A DNA stretch of 64,000 nucleotides from Patescibacteria group bacterium (GTDB taxonomy: Bacteria > Patescibacteriota > Patescibacteriia > JAHIZJ01). Positions 18,483-27,735 of the stretch are shown here, in pieces (position 1 is the stretch's first letter; the number at the start of each line of letters is the position of its first letter). The notes under the pieces are model-generated. The model saw nothing but the letters and a program-made list of their open reading frames with translations. It was not told where the DNA came from and did no database searches. The DNA lies in the NCBI GenBank assembly GCA_041650335.1, contig JBAZLK010000003.1, positions 57,765 through 121,764 on the forward strand, written 5' to 3'. Both the position numbers and the translations under genes were made by a program.

Positions 18483-19640
18483 ATGAGACGGACAAAAGCA
18501 AAGGTTATCTATATACAGAAAATTACGCCAACCGTCATCGAGTTGGCCATCGCCCGATCGGACGGACGTCCGTTTTTCGAATTTCGGGCGGGTCAATACG
18601 CAACCGTGAGCTTCCCCGATCAGCCGAGCCTCCGGGGCGAGCGTTCCTTTTCCATCGCCAGCGCTCCGAGCGAGCGTTCTCGGCTGCGTTTCGGTGTTCG
18701 GGTCGTCGGACGATATACCACCAAATTAAGCCAGCTCCAGCCCGGCGAACGGGTCATGGTTGGTGGACCGTTTGGGAAATTTACGTATGAACCCGAACGC
18801 GACGACGCCTCGGTATTCCTTGCCGGCGGCATCGGCATCACCCCTTTTCTGAGCATGATCCAGCTGGCGACGGAGCGCGGTTTGAGCCAGCGCCTGACGC
18901 TTTTTTACAGCGTCCGATCATTGAACGACGCCTCGTATCAAAACGATCTGGAGCGGTGGCAGCAAACGAATCCGAATTTTAAATATTTTCTCGCGGTCAC
19001 GAACGGCCAGCTTCGGCCACCCGCTGACAACCTGATCTCGGGCCGGCTGAACCGCGAGCTGCTCACAAAGAAATTAGCTGACGATCTCTGGAACCGGACG
19101 TACTTTTTGTGCGGCCCGCCCGCCTTTATGTCGGCCATGACAGCCATGCTGCGCTCAATGGGTTTTTCGACGAAGGTCATCCATTCCGAGCGTTTCGGCG
19201 TTGGCTCGCAAGAATTTATTGAACGCGGCACGCCGATTCCGAAATATGTTTTCGCCGCCTGGGGCGTATCAACCGCCATTCTGCTTGGTGCAATCGTCCG
19301 GATCGAGCAAGCCAAACATCTTATTATCCCTCCCACCCAGGACACATCCGCTGAGGCCGCACCGATCGCCAACGAACAAGGGGATAATAGCAATCAGACA
19401 AACTCTGCCCATCTTCCAACCGTTGAACAGAGTGCAGCCCAGCCAACGCCGGCACCAACAACCAAGCCGACTGCTCCAACTCCGACACCAGCACCGAGCC
19501 CAGCGCCGAAACCGACCCCGGCTCCATCAACAAATACCGCTGTCCCGTCGCAACCAACGACAAATATTAACTCACCAGCGCCGGCACCGACCCCGGCCCC
19601 GAAACCAGCTCCCGTCGTTCCTCGGACAACGGTTTCATAA
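18483..19640 (+). CDS. FNR-like FAD/NAD(P)-binding oxidoreductase with C-terminal TM helix and Pro/Thr/Ala-rich tail
   Basis: RAGQYATVSF ... RSFSIASAP (RxYS FAD motif), LAGGIGITPFLSMI (GGxGxxP NAD motif) and YFLCGPPAFM (CGPxxM). Followed by a TM helix YVFAAWGVSTAILLGAIVRI and ~110 aa of PT-rich low complexity. Confidence 0.7.
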   Translation: MRRTKAKVIYIQKITPTVIELAIARSDGRPFFEFRAGQYATVSFPDQPSLRGERSFSIASAPSERSRLRFGVRVVGRYTTKLSQLQPGERVMVGGPFGKFTYEPERDDASVFLAGGIGITPFLSMIQLATERGLSQRLTLFYSVRSLNDASYQNDLERWQQTNPNFKYFLAVTNGQLRPPADNLISGRLNRELLTKKLADDLWNRTYFLCGPPAFMSAMTAMLRSMGFSTKVIHSERFGVGSQEFIERGTPIPKYVFAAWGVSTAILLGAIVRIEQAKHLIIPPTQDTSAEAAPIANEQGDNSNQTNSAHLPTVEQSAAQPTPAPTTKPTAPTPTPAPSPAPKPTPAPSTNTAVPSQPTTNINSPAPAPTPAPKPAPVVPRTTVS

Positions 19641-19652
19641 TCTCCAAGCTTT

Positions 19653-20597
19653 ATGGTATCGCCACCGACCGCCACCAGACAATTTCCCGCCCTCGGCACG
19701 ATTGTTGCCGGTGGTTTTCGCCTCGATCCGGTGACCGCCGACCGACTTTTTGACGATCTTCAACGACAGATCGCCGTGTTTGAAAATCGCTTCAGCCGTT
19801 TTCTTCCCGATTCAGAACTATCTCGACTTAATCAACGAGCCGGTAAACGCGTTCCGGTCAGCCGCGATCTAATCAAGCTTATATTGACTGCCCAAGGGAT
19901 CTGGCGGTATACCGACGGTCTGATTGATTCGACAATCGGTCAGGCGCTCGTCGCGGCCGGGTATGATGCACCCTTTGAGCTTTTGCCGTACCGGGTTGAA
20001 ACCTCCGACCGACCAATGGCGAAATCAGAACATTCCTTCGCCGAAGTCAAGATCAACCGGAAACAAAAAACGGTATTCTTTCCGGCTGATCTACAATTTG
20101 ATTTTGGCGGTCTTGGCAAAGGCTATCTGCTCGACCAACTCCGGTCACGGGTAAAAGCGAAGACGTCTAATTATTGGCTGTCCCTCGGCGGCGACATGAT
20201 CGTGTCGGGCACCGACACGGACGGCCGCGCCTGGTCAATCGGCATCCAGGACCCAAACAAGCCGGAGCGGGATTTTGCCTACTTACGCCTCCCCGCTGGA
20301 GAATGGAACGTGGCTACCTCCGGCACCACGAAGCGGCGCGGCGGACAATCGAAAAAATCTTGGCATCATATCATCGACCCGCGAACCGGCCAACCAGCCC
20401 GAACCGACGTTATCCAAACGACTGTTTTGGCGCCGACCGCGGTGGAGGCTGATGCCCTGGCAAAAGTCGTTCTACTGCTCGGTCCGACCGCTGGCCTGAA
20501 GTGGGCTGCACGCCACAACCTTGAAGCGCTGATTGTGACAAAAGACAGCCGCACGCATACTACGCCCATGCTAAAAAATTACTTGGCTCAGGTATGA
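19653..20597 (+). CDS. apbE: FAD:protein FMN transferase (ApbE family)
   Basis: ApbE hallmarks DFGGLGKGY, ATSGTTKRRG and WHHIIDPRTG. Its stop overlaps the next start (ATGA). Confidence 0.8.
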   Translation: MVSPPTATRQFPALGTIVAGGFRLDPVTADRLFDDLQRQIAVFENRFSRFLPDSELSRLNQRAGKRVPVSRDLIKLILTAQGIWRYTDGLIDSTIGQALVAAGYDAPFELLPYRVETSDRPMAKSEHSFAEVKINRKQKTVFFPADLQFDFGGLGKGYLLDQLRSRVKAKTSNYWLSLGGDMIVSGTDTDGRAWSIGIQDPNKPERDFAYLRLPAGEWNVATSGTTKRRGGQSKKSWHHIIDPRTGQPARTDVIQTTVLAPTAVEADALAKVVLLLGPTAGLKWAARHNLEALIVTKDSRTHTTPMLKNYLAQV

Positions 20598-21565
20598 AAT
20601 TGAGATATCTATTTGCGTTTGCCACTATCAGTTTGTTCATGCTCATTCGTCCCCTGGCAGTGCGCGCTGCGACGGCCACAACGACGACGACCCTGGCGGA
20701 TTCGAGCACGGAACGCCAGGCCGAGATTGAATCAGACGACGAAAAAGAGGTGGACGAAGCGCCGGAGGTTGCGCCCACGCCAAGCACGATCCAGCCCGTT
20801 GAACCAGACGCGCCGGTGGCAACAGCGCCAGTTATTATACCGACGCCCACGGTTGAAACAGCGCCGGCCACACCGACTCAACCGAAAACGGTAGCCACTC
20901 CAAGTGCCGACCAAGTGCCGACGGCTGAAACGGCGCCGAATAACACAGCCGCGCCGCTGACCGAACCGCCCACAGACGCCGCACCCGCCATCACACCCCA
21001 AGCGGCAAACTCCCCGCTTTCTTGGACCTGGATCGCGACGCGGGCGGCCGGTATCGCTTCCTTTCTTCTTCTGGCCGTGATCACAATAACCGGGATAAGC
21101 CTAACGACCGGTCTACTCTTTCGCCTCATGTCGCCAGCTTCAGCCTGGTCAATGCATCGCGCGATCGGCTCCGCGCTGCTTGTCTCCATAATCATTCATA
21201 TTGGCGCGCTGCCGTTTGACCGCTTCATCAGACTACGCGTGGTCGATCTCTTGGTACCATTTGCCTCCAGCTATCGCCCGACTCTTGTTGCCCTTGGTAT
21301 TTTCGGATTTTATCTGCTCCTTCTTGTTCTCGGCACATCGCTCTACACGCTCACGTCGCATGCCCGGTTCTGGCGCACTGTCCACTTCTTCGGTTTCCCA
21401 ATGTTTGTCATGATTTTCCTCCATAGCGTTTTGATCGGTTCCGACAGTAAACAGCCGTGGATGATCGCGATGTATTGGAGTACGGCTGTTTTGGTCAGTC
21501 TCTTCGTTGTCTATCGGCTCGCCTGGAAATATCGAAAACCGGCCCTGGCAAATTATGCCGACTAA
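20594..21565 (+). CDS. ferric-reductase-type (FRD, PF01794-like) di-heme transmembrane protein with extracellular acidic/PT-rich N-terminal region
   Basis: Signal peptide, then ~130 aa rich in Ala/Pro/Thr/Glu/Asp, then 6 TM helices. Paired His residues in two helices (MHRAIGSALLVSIIIHIG; VHFFGFPMFVMIFLHSV) match bis-heme ligands of NOX/MsrQ-type domains. Confidence 0.6.
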   Translation: MKLRYLFAFATISLFMLIRPLAVRAATATTTTTLADSSTERQAEIESDDEKEVDEAPEVAPTPSTIQPVEPDAPVATAPVIIPTPTVETAPATPTQPKTVATPSADQVPTAETAPNNTAAPLTEPPTDAAPAITPQAANSPLSWTWIATRAAGIASFLLLAVITITGISLTTGLLFRLMSPASAWSMHRAIGSALLVSIIIHIGALPFDRFIRLRVVDLLVPFASSYRPTLVALGIFGFYLLLLVLGTSLYTLTSHARFWRTVHFFGFPMFVMIFLHSVLIGSDSKQPWMIAMYWSTAVLVSLFVVYRLAWKYRKPALANYAD

Positions 21566-21576
21566 TTTGTCTTTTT

Positions 21577-22257
21577 TTAATTATGGCAAACATAGAGGCA
21601 CGGATCGAGCCAGCCAGAAAGTTCGGACTGGGCGCCCACGTAACCTTTGATATTGATGTCTGTTCCTTTATGAAAGCCGAGGTGTAAATGCTTCCGTTCG
21701 CCGCCCGTTTCCGAACTGTAATTATTTCCGAGAACGCCAAGCTCGTCTCCGCGAGTGATAGTGTCACCAACCCTCTGTTTGATGCTTGATAACCGCAGAT
21801 GCCCGTAGATCACGGTGATCGCTTCCCCATTGAGCTGACACGACTGCACCGCCACCCCGCCATACCCGCTGGCCGTCTCACGCACGCTGAGCGGGCCGGT
21901 ACAAACTGCTCGAACCGCTACTTCGGCGTTCAGCTCGTCCGAAAAAATCTCGAAATCAGCGCCCGTGTGATACCCACGGAAATGCTCCGGCTGAACAGGC
22001 GAGGTTTGGGGTGTGATAAATATACCGAACGGTTTTTTCGTCACCCGTTCACCTGAACGCGTGAGCGGCGGAAGGAATGTGTCAGCGGCTGAATTTGTCT
22101 GAGCGGGGAGCGATGAATTATTGACAATCGTATTTGTATTGGACGGGGCCGGTGGCGTGTTCGATTGATTCTGGGTTGGCGAAGATAACAATCGAAGCGA
22201 CAGAAAGACCGCACCAACGAAGAAAATTATTACGATGAGGATATATCCCTTTTTCAT
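21577..22257 (-). CDS. M23 family metallopeptidase
   Basis: N-terminal TM/signal. HTGADF, ITVIYGHL and HLHLGFH supply the HxxxD...HxH zinc ligands of LytM-type peptidases. Confidence 0.75.
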   Translation of the reverse strand: MKKGYILIVIIFFVGAVFLSLRLLSSPTQNQSNTPPAPSNTNTIVNNSSLPAQTNSAADTFLPPLTRSGERVTKKPFGIFITPQTSPVQPEHFRGYHTGADFEIFSDELNAEVAVRAVCTGPLSVRETASGYGGVAVQSCQLNGEAITVIYGHLRLSSIKQRVGDTITRGDELGVLGNNYSSETGGERKHLHLGFHKGTDINIKGYVGAQSELSGWLDPCLYVCHN

Positions 22258-22489
22258 AGTGTCGTTACACGAACAAATTCAGGAAAAGATAAGGTTGTTA
22301 TGGTATAAAGAATACGCGAGCAGGCCACAGCGTCATACCTAATACGCTCCGTGTGGAAAAATAATGATGAAATGATTTTCTCGGCGTCGGCATCATGAGG
22401 CTTGTCTCAACTTAGGGAAAAAAGTGCGTCTATGAAGCAACCATAATTTCTGCTATAATGCACTACCCTAAATACTAACACACTCTCAT

Positions 22490-23065
22490 ATGACAAACTA
22501 TCTTCGACCGCCTAGCCAACAAGCAGATGCAAAGCCAGAAGGCTTTCGCTCCATCTATACGCTCTATGCGCCAAAAGTATTTAATTATCTCTGGTATCGC
22601 GTCGGCAATAATTATGCCGTGGCCGAAGACCTCATGCAGGAAACGTTCCTGCGCGCCTTCGAACGCCTGCCCTTCTACACCCAGCGCGGCTATTCCTACC
22701 TGACGTATCTCATTACCATCGCGCACAATCAGCTCATGAATTACTTCCGACGGCCGATCACCTTGTCGCTCGAAGAAGCCTATTACCTGACGGTTGACAC
22801 CAGTTCCGAAGTCGAACGTCGGCTCATGGCGAGCCATGTTTGGGGTCACATCCGTCGCTTGCCGCCGAGCGAGTACCGTCTCTTTGATCTCCGCTACCGG
22901 CAAGATTTATCCATCAAAGCAATCTCAAAAAAAGTTCATAAGTCGGAAAACGCCGTCAAATTGACGCTCAGCCGCTCCCGAGAAAAAATCCGCCGCGAGC
23001 TCGCCCAAGAAGACCGACTACAAAAAGTCTCGTTCCATCGCGCTACCCAGCCCGCTGCCGCCTGA
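22490..23065 (+). CDS. RNA polymerase sigma factor, ECF (sigma-70 group 4) family
   Basis: Region 2 LMQETFLRAFERLPFY...YLTYLITIAHNQLMNYFRR. Region 4 HTH DLRYRQDLSIKAISKKVHKSENAVKLTLSRSREKIR. Preceded by a TGcTATAAT-like -10 element. Confidence 0.8.
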   Translation: MTNYLRPPSQQADAKPEGFRSIYTLYAPKVFNYLWYRVGNNYAVAEDLMQETFLRAFERLPFYTQRGYSYLTYLITIAHNQLMNYFRRPITLSLEEAYYLTVDTSSEVERRLMASHVWGHIRRLPPSEYRLFDLRYRQDLSIKAISKKVHKSENAVKLTLSRSREKIRRELAQEDRLQKVSFHRATQPAAA

Positions 23066-23395
23066 CACCTTTTTCTGGCTCAGGTGTTTAATATAATGTA
23101 AGGGAAAACAATATTGTTGTTGTTTTTCCCTAATAACCCACCTTTTTTACGGCAAAACCGGCTCCCTACAGCCGGTTTTGTTATTGGCTTGACTATCGAT
23201 ATAAACCCGTTATACTGACCAGCTTGTCGGTCAAACGATAAGCACTGGCACCTTTCACGCCCTGGACGGAATGCCCTGCACCGGAGTCCGAAATTCGGGC
23301 GACTGGCGCAGGGATGGCCGGCCTTGGCACTTCCGCCTGCAGGATAGCCCGGCTTTCTAGAGTCGGACAGACCTGCGGTACCGGAGGATGATATC

Positions 23396-24247
23396 ATGCT
23401 AGACTGTCAGGAGTGCGACCGGGCCGAAAGGCAAAAGGAGGAACGGCGAGACTATCAGCCAATTCTGTATCTGGTTGCCGGATTACTTCTTTTCTCCGCC
23501 GGGGTCATCGGCCTTACGTATGGATTCGTGTACGGCTGGAAATCACTGGATGACCAAGTACACGCCTTGGTGGGTTCTATCGGCACCGTCGGTCTCATCC
23601 TAGCGCTCTGGAGATTCTTGGTCCCATATGTCAGGCGAACTGTCAAGGGTTGTTACCTCTACGACTACGTCAATCACCGGAGCGAAGGACATACCCACCT
23701 GACGCAGCCCCAGTACGGCTTTTCGGATGACTATGAGTCCAATGCCAAGGGGCCGATTTTCCGGATCGCTCTCGGCGGTTGGTTCAAGAGCAGCGCCGTG
23801 CTGCATCAGCCATCCGGCCACTGGTGGCACCATCTGAAGCGGGCTGATGGCATTCAGTTCCAATCAGGAAACAGTTACTCGCTGAGCGACCCGGAAGGAG
23901 GCCGCCTGCCACCGATGACTCTGGCCGAGCTGCGCTGGGTGGTGGAATGTTTCACCGGACTGCGCACGCTGATTGAATTCGCCCGAGTGGTTGAAAGACA
24001 GCGGGATCATCTGGGCGGAACGGCTTGCGCAGTTGTCCGCTATGCGAAGGACTCTAAAGACCGGGAGAAGTCGCCGACTGCCCGGAGCATGCGACTGATG
24101 CTCGAACAGGGAGTTCGGACCGTTCCTGCTCATCGTTACGGCGGCTCGGTCGACTCCTCAGGCCTGCTGGCTAGCTGGGAGGCTCTCGCGACCCAGATGC
24201 TCCCTCCAGACCCGGCCAACACCAGCGAGCGAGCCACCGGCAGCTGA
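23396..24247 (+). CDS. hypothetical membrane protein (2 TM) in a GC-rich patch
   Basis: Cys-containing N-terminus (MLDCQECDRAE), two TM helices and a ~200-aa soluble domain. No family match. Confidence 0.45.
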   Translation: MLDCQECDRAERQKEERRDYQPILYLVAGLLLFSAGVIGLTYGFVYGWKSLDDQVHALVGSIGTVGLILALWRFLVPYVRRTVKGCYLYDYVNHRSEGHTHLTQPQYGFSDDYESNAKGPIFRIALGGWFKSSAVLHQPSGHWWHHLKRADGIQFQSGNSYSLSDPEGGRLPPMTLAELRWVVECFTGLRTLIEFARVVERQRDHLGGTACAVVRYAKDSKDREKSPTARSMRLMLEQGVRTVPAHRYGGSVDSSGLLASWEALATQMLPPDPANTSERATGS

Positions 24248-24365
24248 TTGGTTGATCTATTTCTCTCCGCGCCAAGGACGATTATGTCCGCGGCGCTTTT
24301 TCATAGCCGGAAGATTGACAGTAAAGAAAAATGATGCTAGTATACTGAGTTGTTAAACAAATTAT

Positions 24366-25205
24366 ATGACAGTGTCGTCGCGAAAAAAATCTATCTGGCT
24401 GTCCATTGCCCTGATTGCGGTGACTGGTTTGTTTTTTGCCTATCAGTACCGAGTCACCCTGAAAGAATGGGTGAGCGGAAACGCCGTTAGTGATTTACCC
24501 CCAGCCCAGCCGAGTACGAATTTCAATCGCAACACCGCCAATGAGAACAGCAGCGACAACACGAACCAGCCTGCCAACGAAAACATGAATAGCGCTGTAA
24601 ACATTCAGCCACGACCGCTGCCCGCCGAAATTAACTTAAAAGTGCCCTTTACCCCCCAGGCTCCGGATGCGAATTGGGACATGCCCTACCAGGAAGCCTG
24701 CGAGGAAGCGGCCGCGATCATGATCAATGCCTATTGGGATAAGAAAACGTCGTTTACGAAACAAGAGGCGGACGCAGCTATTCTCGATCTGGTTGCGTTT
24801 GAAGAACAGCACTATGGCTTTTATAAGGATACTGACGGCGCGGAGACTGTCCGATTTATCAAAGACAAGTGGGGATATGAAACGGTTGATTTGTATACCG
24901 GGGACGAGGTAACCATCGAGCGGATGAAGCGCGAAGTGGCGAATGGCTATCCCGTGCTCGTCCTGACGGCCGGCCGGATGCTCGGCAATCCGAATTACAA
25001 AGCGCCCGGACCGATCTACCATGCGCTCGTGGTCAAGGGATACAAAAAAGACGGCACGATCATTACTAATGATCCGGGTACGCGGAAAGGAGCTGATTAC
25101 GTCTATGATCCGCAAACCCTGCTCAATGCAATCCACGAATGGAACAATGGCGACGTGAACAACGGTCAGAGGGTCATGATTGTGATCCGTCCGAAAAGCG
25201 AGTAA
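24366..25205 (+). CDS. C39-like peptidase domain protein (Peptidase_C39_2 / YvpB-like), membrane anchored
   Basis: TM anchor, Asn-rich linker, then PFTPQAPDANWDMPYQEACEEAAAIMINAYW... with a Cys/His arrangement typical of C39-like papain-fold domains. Confidence 0.55.
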   Translation: MTVSSRKKSIWLSIALIAVTGLFFAYQYRVTLKEWVSGNAVSDLPPAQPSTNFNRNTANENSSDNTNQPANENMNSAVNIQPRPLPAEINLKVPFTPQAPDANWDMPYQEACEEAAAIMINAYWDKKTSFTKQEADAAILDLVAFEEQHYGFYKDTDGAETVRFIKDKWGYETVDLYTGDEVTIERMKREVANGYPVLVLTAGRMLGNPNYKAPGPIYHALVVKGYKKDGTIITNDPGTRKGADYVYDPQTLLNAIHEWNNGDVNNGQRVMIVIRPKSE

Positions 25206-25309
25206 TCACTCATTTTCCATTACTATTGACAAGCGATAATCATACCGAGTATGATATTTTTGTTTTTGGATCGCCAAACCGTCAACAAGTCCTCGAAGGA
25301 GGGTGAGGA

Positions 25310-25579
25310 ATGACAGCGGCTACCCAGTCCCGGAGAAAGATCGGCGAGGTGGTTGCACATCAGATGATGCGGAACGGGCTAAGGGTCTTCGTCGTCACAG
25401 GCGCAGAAGGATCTCTGCATGTTGGGGGTGAGATCGCGCTTGGAAAGGCTCCGCTCATCACCGTCAATGGCCTGGAACGCGATGGTCAGCCGATCGAGTC
25501 GGTCGGCGGCGGAGCGAAGGTGAGCTTTCACCTGTCCGATAATCGCATCATCCCAAACGGCACGCCGGTCTTCGCCTAG
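25310..25579 (+). CDS. small hypothetical protein
   Basis: GGAGGGTGAGG RBS 2-3 nt before the ATG. An intrinsic terminator (gagacctgcttcggtgggtctc + T5) follows the stop. 89 aa, GC-rich. Confidence 0.45.
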   Translation: MTAATQSRRKIGEVVAHQMMRNGLRVFVVTGAEGSLHVGGEIALGKAPLITVNGLERDGQPIESVGGGAKVSFHLSDNRIIPNGTPVFA

Positions 25580-25584
25580 ACCGA

Positions 25585-25627
25585 CGGTTACTCCAACGGC
25601 CTTGGCCGTCGAGACCTGCTTCGGTGG
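25585..25627 (+). terminator. rho-independent terminator
   Basis: gagacc-tgcttcgg-tgggtctc hairpin followed by ttttt. Confidence 0.6.
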
Positions 25628-25658
25628 GTCTCTTTTTCAATAAAAAAGGGGGCGGGTA

Positions 25659-26372
25659 TTAACCACCCCCGGCGCCTTCCTCGTCGGAAAGCGGTCGAAC
25701 GATCCCGGTAGCCGGAGCAGTGTGAAGATGCCGTATCTGCGGGCTGGTGAAGAAACCGGCAAACGGTTCATTCCGGTCATTGTAGTAGCGCCGGCTTTGT
25801 TCTCCGAGCTCGGCAATCCAAGGCTGGATCCGCGGCTGCCAATCAGCCAATTCGTGACGGAATACCGCCGCCATCGGCAAAAGAATATCCAGTGTTTCGT
25901 GCGCCTTCCGTTCCCGGCTTTCCGGCGGCATGACGTCGCAGGTGCGGAAGTAGTGCAGTCGGTCGCCCAATTTCAGCGGGATTACGCGCGGATTACGCTG
26001 GGCGCAGCGATAGAGCTTCCCATAGTACAGCACGGCTTGCGCAATCCAGCCAAGCTGGCTGAACTCCTTGTCGCAGGTAACGGCCTCAACCAGATCCGCT
26101 ACTTCGGGACCGAACAAGTCGCAGATCACGGCGATGCAGACAGCCGTGTCCTCATCGAGGTCGTGGAGTATGGCCGCGCACACCTCAACCCAGGTGCAAC
26201 CGATCGCCAGCATATAACCGGCGACGGCATAGGCGTGGCTGACCGCCGGCGCTCCCGAGCGGCGGAACTTGCCAGCCATGGCCTGTTCGGCAATGTCGCT
26301 TGCCTGATAGACTCGCTCTGGCTGGACGATGCCGGAACGCGCCAGTTGAAGCCGAAATTCGTCCTTTGTCAT
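25659..26372 (-). CDS. HD-domain hydrolase of the RelA/SpoT type (small alarmone hydrolase-like)
   Basis: HAYAVAGYML ... ILHDLDEDTAV ... LFGPEVADLVEAVT parallels the RelA/SpoT hydrolase motifs (HP...LHDVIEDT...FG..VA.LVEGVT). Confidence 0.65.
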   Translation of the reverse strand: MTKDEFRLQLARSGIVQPERVYQASDIAEQAMAGKFRRSGAPAVSHAYAVAGYMLAIGCTWVEVCAAILHDLDEDTAVCIAVICDLFGPEVADLVEAVTCDKEFSQLGWIAQAVLYYGKLYRCAQRNPRVIPLKLGDRLHYFRTCDVMPPESRERKAHETLDILLPMAAVFRHELADWQPRIQPWIAELGEQSRRYYNDRNEPFAGFFTSPQIRHLHTAPATGIVRPLSDEEGAGGG

Positions 26373-26768
26373 AACCCACCCCCTGAATACCGAATCCGTG
26401 GTTGTGCGCCCCTTCCGTCTAACACCGAAGCGCTTCTTCCGTTGAAAGAGCAGGAACAGTCCTATTGTTCACGTGTACGAGAAAACATGGTGATAAACAA
26501 AAAATCGCCTGGTTCGGCGATTAGTCTTTTGGCACACACCTACTCCTCGGGAGGAAGAACGTGAAGATACTTCGCGGTCTCCTCTTCCCTCTCTTTTCCG
26601 ACCAGGCCGCTGGGAAGATGCCAATATTCATATAGTAAATTTGCTCCATTATATCATCGTTTCAGCGACGGTCAAGTGTACAATCCACCGTCAAAATACT
26701 ACCTTGTATGATTCCGAGATTAGTGCTACGGTATTGATAGAGAATATAATAATTCACTCACGTATAGT

Positions 26769-27569
26769 ATGAACCGCAAAACTTCGGTTTCGATCATCCT
26801 TACGTCGCTTATTCTCATTGTCGGAGTCGGCGCGCTCACACTTTTCGTATATCTGCCGAAGAAAAAGGCGCAACAAAACAAGAGCGACGTTCTGGGCGCA
26901 AAAACAACCAGCACTCTCGAAACGACAACGGCGTATTTGACAACGCAGGTCGGCGTCGTAAAAGAATTGGAACGTCTGATCCGCAATTCCGGGCCAGTCT
27001 ATTCCGATCGCGAAAATAGTCAATACACGCTCGACGATCAACGCAAAACAGCCGATTCCGCCCGACAAAAACTTCTCGCTTTTAAAGTCCAGGCACAAGG
27101 CTGGGTCATTCCGGCCGAGGCCGGAGAGGTTCAAGCGCTTTTTCAAAAAGTGCTCGATCAGGAATTGGCCGTCAGCGACTCATATCAAAAAGCCTTTAAC
27201 CAAATAACGAGCAACGCCCAGGAAGCGCAATTCACCTTGGTCGAATCAGCGCGCTTACGAGCTGAGAGTGAAAAACTCGTTGCCGGCCTGAAAACAAAAA
27301 ATGGCGAATTGCTAAAAAATACTGGCGTGGCATTCACTGACTCCGACGGCGACACGTTGCCGGATGTCTGGGAACGAATTGCCGGCAGCGACCAAACGCT
27401 GGTTGATACCGACGACGATGGACTGCTTGACGGCGAAGAATTCAATCTCTATCTTACGAAGCCATACGAACCCGATACCGATGCTGATGGTTTTAGCGAC
27501 GGCCAGGAAATAACGAACGGCTTTAACCCGATTGGCCTTGGTAAACTGACACCGTCGGTAACCAATTAA
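26769..27569 (+). CDS. membrane-anchored protein with C-terminal thrombospondin type-3-like Ca-binding repeats
   Basis: TM anchor and coiled-coil-like middle. The C-terminus carries DSDGDTLPD, DTDDDGLLDGEE and DTDADGFSDGQE (DxDxDG-type repeats). Confidence 0.55.
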   Translation: MNRKTSVSIILTSLILIVGVGALTLFVYLPKKKAQQNKSDVLGAKTTSTLETTTAYLTTQVGVVKELERLIRNSGPVYSDRENSQYTLDDQRKTADSARQKLLAFKVQAQGWVIPAEAGEVQALFQKVLDQELAVSDSYQKAFNQITSNAQEAQFTLVESARLRAESEKLVAGLKTKNGELLKNTGVAFTDSDGDTLPDVWERIAGSDQTLVDTDDDGLLDGEEFNLYLTKPYEPDTDADGFSDGQEITNGFNPIGLGKLTPSVTN

Positions 27570-27735
27570 ACTTGTTTTCCGTATTTCGATAGTCAACCAG
27601 CCGGCCCCGTGGTCGGTTGGTTTTTCTAGGCGGGACTCCGCAAGTGGTGTATACTTTTACTAGGTTTACGCCCTCACCCTTGATTTTTTTCACTGTTCTG
27701 GTATACTCACAAATTCTTAGAAATTTACGTAATCC

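Noticed and set aside
19394-19699. Gly/Ala/Val-rich 101-aa ORF on the minus strand.
   Set aside because: It is the antisense reading of the Pro/Thr/Ala-rich tail of the FNR-like protein and a compositional artefact.
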